DNA of 64,000 nucleotides from Antedon mediterranea (Eukaryota > Animalia > Echinodermata): the NCBI RefSeq assembly GCF_964355755.1, contig NC_092676.1, positions 935,788 through 999,787 of the forward strand, read 5' to 3'. The translations under genes and the position numbers were made by a program. Under the pieces are notes generated by a model. It did no database searches. It saw only the letters and a list, made by a program, of their open reading frames with translations, and was not told where the DNA came from. Positions 1 to 10,930 of this stretch are shown in pieces; positions within the stretch are counted from its first letter, which is position 1, and each line of letters opens with the position of its first letter.

Positions 1-627
1 ATCGGCAAGATCACAGTTTGACTTCCTCACAATCGTGCGTGTCACATAAAATAATATACGATACATCATGGAGTTTACTCCATGGATACATCCATGCGCA
101 CCTACCTCATTAATATTCATAAAGATCTTGCTTCGAAGCAGTTTAAGAGTATCCTGCATAAGTCAAGTCAATCATTGTGCAGGCATCACTCGGAGCGAAT
201 ACAACTCAGTAAGTATCAAAGCTTAATTAATATACATACCGTAATTAGCGCTTGATTAATAGGCCTATTAGTAATAAAACATTACGTATTCCTTTATTCA
301 ATTATGTATCAGTATGCTGAGTATCATGCCTCAAAAGAGATGGGCTTATTTTATAGAAATATAATCAGACAGTATAAAAGAATTGATAGAACTTGTCGCT
401 TGAAATCTCAAAGAAATACAATATTTTATTATTTTTATATTATATTTTAAGGCGTTTTATGTAATCGTTTAACAAACTACATCATGCCACGCCTTAGTGT
501 ATGTAATACATTACGCCTACGTATAGTGTCGCGTCGACAATCTAGTCAAATACCCGCATCAGACACCTTCTTACGTACGTATCTGGATTTTGTCCAGGGA
601 CCAGAAATAAAGTACAGTACTTTTTAA

Positions 628-803
628 AGGTACGTTCACACTGAGCCTGGATGAATGCAGACTGGACCCCGGTCCCGTTCACACTACATTATTCCGAAAT
701 TGTGTATAAAAACGTATCTGTAGTGTATGATTAACAAAATGTAATTCAGCCCGGTGGTCTCCAGCCACCGGACCGAATCCAGGCTCAGAGTGTGAACGCA
801 GAC
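628..803. mobile_element. Small MITE (PIF/Harbinger-like termini)
   Basis: Imperfect terminal inverted repeats aggtacgttcacactgagcctggat ... atccaggctcagagtgtgaacgcagac, with TAA on both sides. Confidence 0.6.
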
Positions 804-1162
804 TAAGAAATAAGAATCAGATTTTTATGAAATTTCATAATTATTATTATTATTATGTAAAAGAAATAACCTGTTTTAAAATGGAAAATCACCATCTGCT
901 TATTAATTATTAAAATATTAATCGAAGCGTAGGACGAATAATGAGTGGGGGAAATTGAAAATTATATTTATATTTTGAACTGGCGTTTAAATTGAAACGA
1001 GCGATTGTCTCAGCCCATCAAATGAATTTTCTTTTTACTCCACCAAATATGGTGAATTCGTACGTATGTTAGATTTATTAGATGATATAATGTTTCTATT
1101 CTCAGTCTCTTTACGTCATCTACATACAACATTCCGTAGCAGCTCTCTTGAAGAAGGCAACA

Positions 1163-4100
1163 ATGTACATGCGCAATGTCCTCATCCTGTCGTCATTTAT
1201 GTTAGCAGTTTTTGCTATATTCGTAGTCAATGCACAGACAACATTGCAGGTAGGCATATATTGCAATGTTAGCATTGTGGTGTTTTTTTTAGGATTAGTC
1301 TTTATGACGAAAACACATTTGCAATACTCTATTTTAAAGTCAATACATTGTTATATAAAAAATATTATGATTCATGTAAAAATTAATAATTACTAGATGG
1401 CACGCTCGCTTCGCTCGCGTACCATCTAGGTCGTGCCCACAGATGGTTCTCGAATACACAGTATTTTCCAGCGAGAAAAAAATGGAGATTTCAAATAGTA
1501 CGTACTGCAGGACTATAATACATTGTCGTTTACAGAAACGAATAAATATACACGATGATTTATGTAGTCAGCTAAAATTAGCACCCTGGGAATTACTTCC
1601 GAGAGAGAAACAAAATGAGTCATTTTTTTTTATTTGGACTCATTTAAACAAACCAAATTTGTGTTTTGTATGTAACATTAAGGGTTGAGGGATGGGGGAA
1701 GAAGATAGGTACAAAGAGGAAACATTTTAAAATATATTCTTATCCACTCAGTAACGAAATATTGTTTTTAATGTTTTATAGGCCTATAAATAATATACCA
1801 CTAAATACAGTAAAACATTTACGATTTAATACTTTGTTAAAACTCTCACTGTCATAGTCGATTGAAATACTAAAGTACATGTAACGATACACCACTACGT
1901 ACGTTTATATATTTTTAAATTATTAATTAATACAAACGTTGAGAAGCAACTGTCAGTAATAACGTTTATTTATTTGTATATTATATGTTTATAATCTAAC
2001 AGTAGGGCCTACCCACACTCACGGTAATAAAGTTTATTTGTATATTTGTTTATATTATATCTAACAGTACCAACACTCACAGTAAGAAATTTGCGATTCA
2101 AATTGCGATCAAAAGTGGTTAATACCTTAACAGTATTGTACAGCATTGCAATACTATTTATGTTTATTCTCCAAGGAGGCCCATAAATCTAAATCTATAC
2201 CTCTATAGTTAAACCAAATAATTTGGAATGTTCCATTCATCACAAATCAATACATTTGTAAAAACGTATATTACATGTATCAAAATAGCATTTTTTAAAG
2301 AAAATCGGCCTGTCTTCAACATTATGATGCTGTACTCGAACTGTTCAACCAGTTTTCAGCTATTAAAAACAATTATCGTAGGAGGAGATAGGAAAATGCG
2401 AAGTGTCCTCGTATTATTGTGTGCGGGTATTTTTCAAATTGACATCCATTAGACAGTGTATACCACGATCGGAAAACACCCCTATTTGGGGCAAATCGTT
2501 GAACCTAAATTCGTTTTAATCGTCAATAACTAATTATCGAACTCAATTTAATTAGTAAACAGGGTTACATCAGGTGGTTAAAATTAGTACCGAAAGTACG
2601 AACCAACTTTATATACCATCGAGTAAACATTCTAGAAATAACGCGCGATTTATCGATTTTTGCCCTTACGTAAATTTATATATAGATAATAATGTATTCT
2701 TATTATGCTTTCCTTTTTGATGAAAATTAGGCGGGAGCGAATCCTTATATATTCAAATATATTTTATTTTATACACATTTAAATTCATTCCTAATTTATA
2801 ATCATTAAATGGATATGGATTGCTGAATTAGAGAAACGTGTGACCCCGCGCATCGACAATGCAATGTACTGTGTAGGCCTTTCAACATTATAACAAAAAT
2901 TTAATGATAACAAATATTACTATCGGCATTTTAGAAAATATTCAAAATTGATATTCCATTACTTTACTATTGTTTATTGTAATATAAATTATTATTTACT
3001 ATAATTATTCATATTCTATTTTTTTTTAATGGAATTTTAGCCGGAACCAGAAGCGACTCCATCTGTAAGTAAATGCTATCCTTAAAATATAATCATACCT
3101 TATAAACATCATAATCTGTATAATTAGTACCAGTTGGTGAAGGCCCTCTATATCAACAAAACAAGTTTTGGGCGCGTTCAAACGATGATAACAATTAACA
3201 TAATTCTTACGCGCACGTTGACGAACATGATAATAATAAATACAACCATGATTCTTATTACATGATAACTGATTATAATCTATTCTACTATTATTCAATT
3301 TGTATGTGACGATTACATTAATAACGAGGTTGGTTCCTACAGCGAGAAACGCAATGATGATAACATAATACGCGCAAGGCAAGGTTTGCGCGCGCGTAGA
3401 ACTTGATCAGTTATCCCAAGAATTGCGGTGGGCAAATTATAATACTCTCTTCGTTCTAGAAGGAACCAATCTTGTATATAAAAAAGAATATAATATTGTT
3501 ATAAAACTTATAGCGCGTTAATTTTTTTTCTCAATCCGCACTAATGTTGTAGGCAGAGCCAGGGGGTAATGTAAGTATAGGCATGGCGTGTATTAGTGCA
3601 TTGATTTGAGTGTGATAGTCGTGTTTGCATGTCGTTAAGCCTTGTCTACACTATCAAACTTTATGTGACAAAAAAATGTGATGTGCCCATATATGGACAC
3701 GATGATGTCATATCACTACCATATTTAGTCATACCACTACCATATTTGATCATATCACTACCATATTTGGGCACATCACACTTTTTTGTCAAACTAGTTT
3801 GATAGTGTTGACAGAGATTAAGATGAGTCTTAATACCCCTTTATGTCTTCTATACGCGATATTGTATGCTCATTCATTTTAAATTAGATGAATGGTCTGA
3901 ATTATGCTGTTCCTTTTATTTGTGATTCAGTTTCAATGTGTTTGAATTACGTTGCAGTAAACCGTCTTGTGCATGTGCAAAGCTTGATGATTGTTTTAAT
4001 ATGTAGAATTCTGTTTTCCAATTAAACAAGTTTGGTTTAATATTAAATACACAGTAAAGTAACTGAAGGCAAAATCTTTTTCTATAGCGTTATGTAGGCC

Positions 4101-7100
4101 TTAAGCTCTATCAAACTTTATGTGACAAAAAATGTGATGTGCTCATATGGACATGATGATGTCATAGCACTACCATATTTAGGCATATCACCACCATATT
4201 TGGGCACACTTTCTTTGTGAAACTAGTTTGATAGTGTAGACAGAGCTTAATACACAAACGTGTTTTATGTTCTCACGGATAAAGTTATGAATTCTATTCT
4301 ATTAGTAAAGTTATGCTGTTTGTGGCACGCCGTTTTTCGAAAAGGAAACACAGTACAATTGAGAGTTTCTCGACATTTTGGTCGTTAGGCCACGACGGCG
4401 TTGGCAATAGCACAACAACAACCAACACGTCACGAGACATTCTTACCATGTATTTCCTTTTGGGAACCCATGATGTTATACCACAAACCTAACTTTATCA
4501 TTATATTTATTTGGCATGCAGACATTTAAACAGTATTGTAATGAAATGCTAGCTACTAATAATTAGGTACGTAGGCTAATAAAATAATAATAAGTTTTTG
4601 ACGTCATTAATACACCCATGCAATATTCGTGTGAGATTACACGATATTTAACTATTTAGCGTGTCTTCGTAATACTGTATAATGTTGATTCATTGTGTAG
4701 CGATATCTCATAAACGCACAACGCAAGGATGTACACACAATGTCATTTTACGCGCGTATAAACGATGATAACAACTAACATATTTCTTACGCGCGCGTTG
4801 ACGAATTTTACCAATACAAGCGCGACGGATTAAGTAGCTTGTGATTGGTCAATTGTTTTGTACATTTATTTGCGTTCGCATGGCGACAATCGCTATAGTT
4901 ATTTTAACTCGAAAGTTCGGTGGAATCATTCATGATTTATTTAATCAATATTTTGTTGTCGTGATCTTGTGTAGTTTATGTCAATTGTAGAAAGACGTAT
5001 GAGGTTCATCTTAGAATAAAAATAAATTAATTCATAATTACAACAACTCAATTGAGACTATACAATAAAAAAAAGAAATTGTATTTCTATATATATGCGT
5101 GTGAATGTATTGATATTATATTTATATACAAATATATAAACTGAAAGAAACACAAATTATGATAACAAACGTTTCATAAGTAAACAACTTTTTTTCTTAA
5201 ATATGCAATAGATAACATAATATGCAGAAAATAATGTAAACATATAATAGTTCTGTAATTGTTTTTTTATGTAACATTGAATGAATGAAGGTGGTGGTTA
5301 ACAACAAAAGATAAAAAAAAATGGTGTTGTATGAGCACGATCGATGTATATTGATGATATTACCCTTAGGGTCTTTCACACCTGTTCTGGCACGGTTCCG
5401 GTCCGGCGCCGGAAAATCCAATTGAACGTCAATGTTTCGTTTTCACGCGGCTACGCGCATATCGATTGTCGCATAGCCGCGTGGAGCATCGTGAAAACGA
5501 CTCACATTGTTCCATTCGCCGGACCGGAACCGTGCCGTAACAGGTGTGAAAGACCACTTAGAACTTTACATCAACATATCTGGTGTATGCTTAAATTATA
5601 TTTCTATCTGTACTTGTAATTGTATAATTTATTCATAATCGTTCTTTATTTAGTTATCTACACTTCTTTCTGTCTGAATTTAATTTTTTTTTAAATTATT
5701 TAAAATTTATTTACTGGATGTATTGATTTTATGTAAATATCATGGAACCGAAGCCTAATAGTATCATTATCGTTGTTTTTCAGGCTGAGCCAGAAGCTAC
5801 TGTTACAGTAAGTTATATCTAATCATTTTGCATTTACTCGTACTTAAGCCTATCTATCTATCATAGACAATCTACTGGCCATCTATTGTTATAGACTATT
5901 ATCAGTGCTATCTTTAAAGCTTGGTTCCCACTAACGACGCAACGTAACGCAATCTACGCAACGTAAGCAAATGTCCTTATAATAATGGTATTTGCCCCCG
6001 CCTGCGTGAAATCAAACATGCTGTGTTTGCAGCACTATGCGTTCGTCATCGATTACACTTTGCTTCAATACGTCACCGCGTTGCGTTCTAGTGGGAACCA
6101 TGCTTTAGATGAGTAAAATTACGCCTTTAGTTGCGTTCAGTCGTGAGAAGAACCTATACGTTTTAAAAGCGTTATTATCAAGCTCAAACCAGCCATCATC
6201 ATAAATATCATCAACATCATCAACAATTCATCCCCAGTTATTGTTGCCGGCCATTATAATCAGGTGCTATTCATATTCCATCATTTAGTTTATGTCTTTA
6301 TACTAAATGACACTTTCATTGATTGGTTCCTTATAAGTAGTGAACATTAACAATATCATAATAACAGTTACAATAGCTTTTGAAGTATGCCAATTATTAA
6401 TATCACCATACAATTCATCTTCACTCCTTTAATGTTGCAACTTATATAACCTGTTATTTTCGATTTATGAAAACAACATACTAACATTACGTGTTATTTG
6501 TTTTTCTTTTAGAGTGAACCGGAGGTAAGCGACGTCAGCATGTCTATAAAATGTTCAATAAATTCAACCGATCTTGTATATATTTAGCAGGGAATCGCAT
6601 AAGAGCAAAGGCCATGAACCTATACCGTATATAGCATTCAAGAAAGTTCAAGAAGTCCCGAATCCTAAATAAAACATTTTTGTATAATTTATTTGTAAAT
6701 TTATATTTTAAGTTAAGGGTGCCCCACAGATCAATAGCTTTGCTTGCTGTTTTTCACACTTTATTGAAACTTTCTTGTCTTCTTTTGATTTATATAGTTA
6801 AGAATTTTGTGTGAAAAATGAAAAATACTCAATCAATCAATCAAAAAAGCTTGGTTCCCACTAGCGACGCAACCCACCAACCTACGCAACGTATGAAAAT
6901 GCCCTTTCAATAATTGTGTTTGACCCCATCTGCGTGAAATCAAACCTGTGATGTTTGTAGCACCGTTGCGTCGTCGGTTCCCACGCAATTAAAGCACTTT
7001 TCGTCAATACGTCGTTGCATTGCATTGCGTTGCGCGAGTGGGAACAACGCTAAAGCTTGGTTCCCACTAGAACGTAACGCAAGGACGTAAACGCAACGCA

Positions 7101-7505
7101 AGCGTTTTAACCAATGACAAGCGAAGTTATAGACATTTAGCAATCACAAGCGAATAAGCCATCGCTTGTGATTGGTCAATTCACTTGAGTTGCGTTACGT
7201 CCTTGTGTTGCGTCGCTAGTGGGAACCACGCTTTAACACGAATGCAAGGACGTAAGCGAGTGAGTTTACAAGTGAGGGTACCACCAGCACAAGCGAAAGT
7301 TCGTAGGATAATCCATCACTTGTGATTGGTAATTAAGTTACCTGCGTTGCGCGTATATCTTTGCGTTGCGTCCATTCAATACTGACGAATTAACTTCTTT
7401 TAACTGTTTCAGATGACCACAGCAAGCGGTTCTGTATCATATTCTGGTAGTTTATTCTTCATTACTGGATGCATTTTAAATACACTTCTAGTCAAGACGC
7501 TTTGA
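1163..7505 (+). CDS. Small secreted, probably GPI-anchored acidic Ser/Thr-rich peptide encoded by microexons (79 aa)
   Basis: Coding exons 1163-1249, 3041-3064, 5784-5807, 6513-6524, 7413-7505, all GT-AG and all phase 0. Translation MYMRNVLILSSFMLAVFAIFVVNA|QTTLQ-PEPEATPS-AEPEATVT-SEPE-MTTASGSVSYSGSLFFITGCILNTLLVKTL*. N-terminal signal peptide, three homologous xEPE microexons, C-terminal small residues plus hydrophobic tail. A probable non-coding exon ends at 208 (ca|gtaagt). Confidence 0.8.
1393..2686 (-). mobile_element. Non-autonomous canonical Helitron in the intron of the microexon gene
   Basis: Minus strand reads A|TCTATATATAAA... and ends ...ctagatggtacgcgagcgaagcgagcgtgccatCTAG|T: 5' TC, GC-rich 3' hairpin, CTAG end, A|T target, no TSD. 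Confidence 0.75.
3638..3818. mobile_element. MITE family A (TIR AGCTCTGTCTACACTATCAAAC), PIF/Harbinger-like
   Basis: About 22-bp TIRs, TTA/TAA flanks, internal 'catatcactaccatattt' repeats; about 8 copies in the window. Confidence 0.8.
4104..4247. mobile_element. MITE family A copy
   Basis: Same internal sequence; right TIR gtttgatagtgtagacagagct intact, left TIR partly deleted. Confidence 0.75.
5369..5557. mobile_element. MITE family C (TIR GGTCTTTCACACCTGTT), PIF/Harbinger-like
   Basis: TIRs gggtctttcacacctgtt ... aacaggtgtgaaagacc with TTA flanks; related partial copy at about 49050-49217. Confidence 0.7.
5918..6104. mobile_element. MITE family B (TIR AGCTTGGTTCCCACTA)
   Basis: TIRs agcttggttcccacta ... 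tagtgggaaccatgct; internal acgcaacg/cgttgcgt repeats. Confidence 0.75.
6848..7232. mobile_element. Two adjacent MITE family B copies (6848-7051 and 7054-7232)
   Basis: Two TIR-bounded units back to back; the second is a near-identical reverse complement of 54973-55151. Confidence 0.75.
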
Positions 7506-8398
7506 GTTTCAAAACTGAATAGGCCTATAGGCTACCAACAATAGCCACATCGAATTAGTTTTATTTAATGTATTAATTCAATTCTTCACAGAGATGAACC
7601 CGCAAAGGTTTTATATTATCAATTTAAAATGTTATATATACACATTAAACATACACTTTGTTAACTCCTACCCACAATTAATGTTAGCATAGGAAATTTG
7701 GTAGAATTAACCAAAAATAGTTTTAAGAAGAGGACAACATTATTTTAAGAAGAAGCAAGGCCTACTTGTATTGATACATTGCTGTCTTGAAATTATGCGT
7801 TTTCCGTAGATTTTTATATATAATAATAATAATAATAATAATAGTCTGTTCTTATAGCGCATGCGCATAAGCAAGCTCTCGATGCGCTTTACATCAAAAA
7901 TAAAAGGAGGAAATGTTCAAATTAATGAAAGCTTGTTGGAAAAGGAATGAATATGAATATATGAATCCGTTTTAACAAAATAGTTGAATAGTTGACACAT
8001 GGTTGTCCCTTCTGTATCATGAATGGAATATTGTTTAGTGTCGGATTAACTGCAAACAGCAAACAATGTACAGTATATGATTTTAACAATGTAAAATTGT
8101 TGCCACAAAGTTTTCGCCGTGAAGACCAAGATATAAATTATTCCATCTCATTATAATAACTATAAACTGTGTTACATAAAAAAAAAAACACATCAAATTT
8201 GTAATTAGACAATACTATTATTGTTGGTGTTATTAAAATGTAATAATAATAAATATCATTCATATTTAGCTAGCCACAAAATCGATATGCTGGCTTACAT
8301 TCTCACTTATTACCATCCTCATTAGTTTTAAATGAATAGTGTGCATCAAAGACATTTCCTGTTGTCTAATTATTGTTGATCAGAGTAAAAAAATGGCT

Positions 8399-8600
8399 AT
8401 TATGTCATAAAGTTTATCGCAAATAGCATGCGCGACGCATGATGGGAAGGGGTTGGGAGAAAACGTCACGACGCGTAAGTACGTTGTTGTTTGTACGTAC
8501 GCGTCGTGACGTTTGCTGCCAAACCTTTCCACAACCATGCATTGTAAAATGACGTTCCTCGCGAATTCAAGCTATTTGCGATCAACCATATTGACGTAAT
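8399..8600. mobile_element. Foldback (palindromic) MITE-like element
   Basis: Nested inverted repeats atcgcaaatagc/gctatttgcgat and aaacgtcacgacgcgta/tacgcgtcgtgacgttt. Confidence 0.6.
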
Positions 8601-10089
8601 GCTGCCCAGGTATACTTCTCAAACATACGTAGGTATGCTATGCTTGCAAGCCCAGGAAGAACACGATGCAATGTATATATCAACATTCAATTACCACAAA
8701 GGTTGAATTCGATATAAGAGTCTGATATTATGCTAATAACTAGAATATTAAATGAGGACTCTGACAATGATATCGTGTTTAGTAGCAGTCATTATCTGTT
8801 ATGATGCACTTCGTACAATACATTTTTCATCACAATTCGCATTTTTTGAATAAAAGTGTTTTTTTTTGTAAAACTTAATATGTGTCTTATTAGTTTGTTA
8901 TTACCCGTCTAGAATCAATACGGTTGTATAGACTTTGAAATCAACATAATGACGAAACTGTTTTTTTATAATAAAATCGAAAAAATAATGGTGAGAAAAT
9001 AAAAATCTACGAGTCGTGAATAAGATCAACCAAGAGACATGATTCGAATTTGCTTCTTCAATAAATAGTACTTACTATTGCACGGCATGTGACTCACAAT
9101 CGTCCAATCAAATGACAGGAATTTATTTAATGGATATCTTATCTTTAAAAAGCTGATGACAACCATTAGTCAGGTGAAGTTTGTTTGTTTTTACATTGTA
9201 TATGATCTAATCGATTTACGAAATCTCATATACATCTCAATACTATAATAGCATATTGGTTGCTGTTTTGATTTCGCCATAATACTAATATTATATTACT
9301 TGACGTCTAAATAAAGATACTATTGACTTTGTTGAAGTAAACAAGCCAAAATTAAGACAGTAATATCGATTTATGATTTACAATAACGATTTACAATTAA
9401 ATACTGGTTAATGCCATTTTAACAATCTCTCCGTGAACGTTTTAAGCGTGCTAGTCATTTATCAAAACGTCATGACTTTTATCGTTAGTTTTTATTACGG
9501 ATAACAAATAAGCAACAAATAAGTAAATTGTTTGTTCTTTATTTTATCTTTATAAATTCTATTTATTTTAATTTAATTTTTATTGTTTCATGTTTATGTC
9601 TTGTCATGATGTATTTCTGAGAGGGTCCCTAATGATCAGCTTCGGCAGACTGAACCACCCTCATAAAATATTGTTGAAATAAAATAAATAAATATATTTT
9701 AAAACATGGTTTTTGAGCTTTGAGCGTTTTTTGCAAACAGCTATTGAGTAGGCCTATCAAATATGGTTTCTCCTATTGAATCTCTTACTAAATATAGTAT
9801 TAATGTATAATCAGCATGCTGTTGTACTTGTATATACTGTATGTTGTATCCTAATTGTTACATTTTTGCAAGATCCTTCCTTGTGTATTGTACAAACGAC
9901 TCATGAGGTCAAAGGTGTTTCTCATCACATGTTTTCCGTGTAATTTCAAATGGTTTGTTTCAATAGGCCTATTATCTGCTAATATAATTATTGTTTCAAT
10001 ATCGTAGTCATAACACCAGTAATAATGGATGTATTTGTAATGCACTTTTATAGACCAATCGTCTCGAAGCACAATGGACTAGATTCTTA

Positions 10090-10250
10090 AATCTGTCTAT
10101 TATCAAACTAGTTTGCCAAAAAAGTGTGATGTGCCCAAATATGGTAGTGATATACTCAAATATGGTAGTGAGTGATATGACATCATCATGTCCATATATA
10201 GGCACATCACATATTGTTGTCACATAAAGTTTGATAGTGTAGACAGAGCT
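10090..10250. mobile_element. MITE family A copy (opposite orientation)
   Basis: Family A TIRs, internal sequence reverse-complementary to 3638-3818, TTA flanks. Confidence 0.75.
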
Positions 10251-10391
10251 TTAGGGTCTCTTTGTGTTAAGCTACATACATCTCAAAACTAAGTGGCCTA
10301 GTTACAATACAGAAACATTCATTTAAGTTTTCTTTGTTTCAAAGTGCCACCAAACGCTGTACATTCTTCCATTTACATTACAAGGGGTTGA

Positions 10392-10750
10392 GATGAACCT
10401 GTACACACTGTAGTAACACCTGATGAACCTGTACACACTGTAGTAACACCTGATGAACCTGTACACACTGTAGTAACACCTGATGAACCTGTACACACTG
10501 TAGTAACACCTGATGAACCTGTACACACTGTAGTAACACCTGATGAACCTGTACACACTGTAGTAACACCTGATGAACCTGTACACACTGTAGTAACACC
10601 TGATGAACCTGTACACACTGTAGTAACACCTGATGAACCTGTACACACTGTAGTAACACCTGATGAACCTGTACACACTGTAGTAACACCTGATGAACCT
10701 GTACACACTGTAGTAACACCTGATGAACCTGTACACACTGTAGTAACACC
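10392..10750. repeat. 30-bp minisatellite, 12 essentially perfect copies
   Basis: Unit tgatgaacctgtacacactgtagtaacacc repeated without spacers; explains the three repetitive minus-strand ORFs. Confidence 0.95.
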
Positions 10751-10930
10751 TTACTCTTTCAGCGACTCCACGTTATCATGATAGACCACATTAGTTATGT
10801 AAAGCCTCATACATTTGAACTAACATTAAAGTTCAAGGCACATTGTAACCCAATCATTTGTTCTGCTGTATACTGCAAATCAAGATTTAGTCATTAAAAA
10901 ATTATTAATTTTAAAAGTGGTTTGATACCA

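Noticed and set aside
1148-1396. 82-aa two-TM ORF as a single-exon gene
   Set aside because: It runs through a good donor at 1250 into intron and ends at the Helitron terminus; the spliced model gives a coherent protein
10323-10749. Three overlapping repetitive ORFs, or a CRISPR-like array
   Set aside because: Perfect 30-bp tandem units with no spacers; the ORFs arise because the unit length is a multiple of 3 and lacks minus-strand stops
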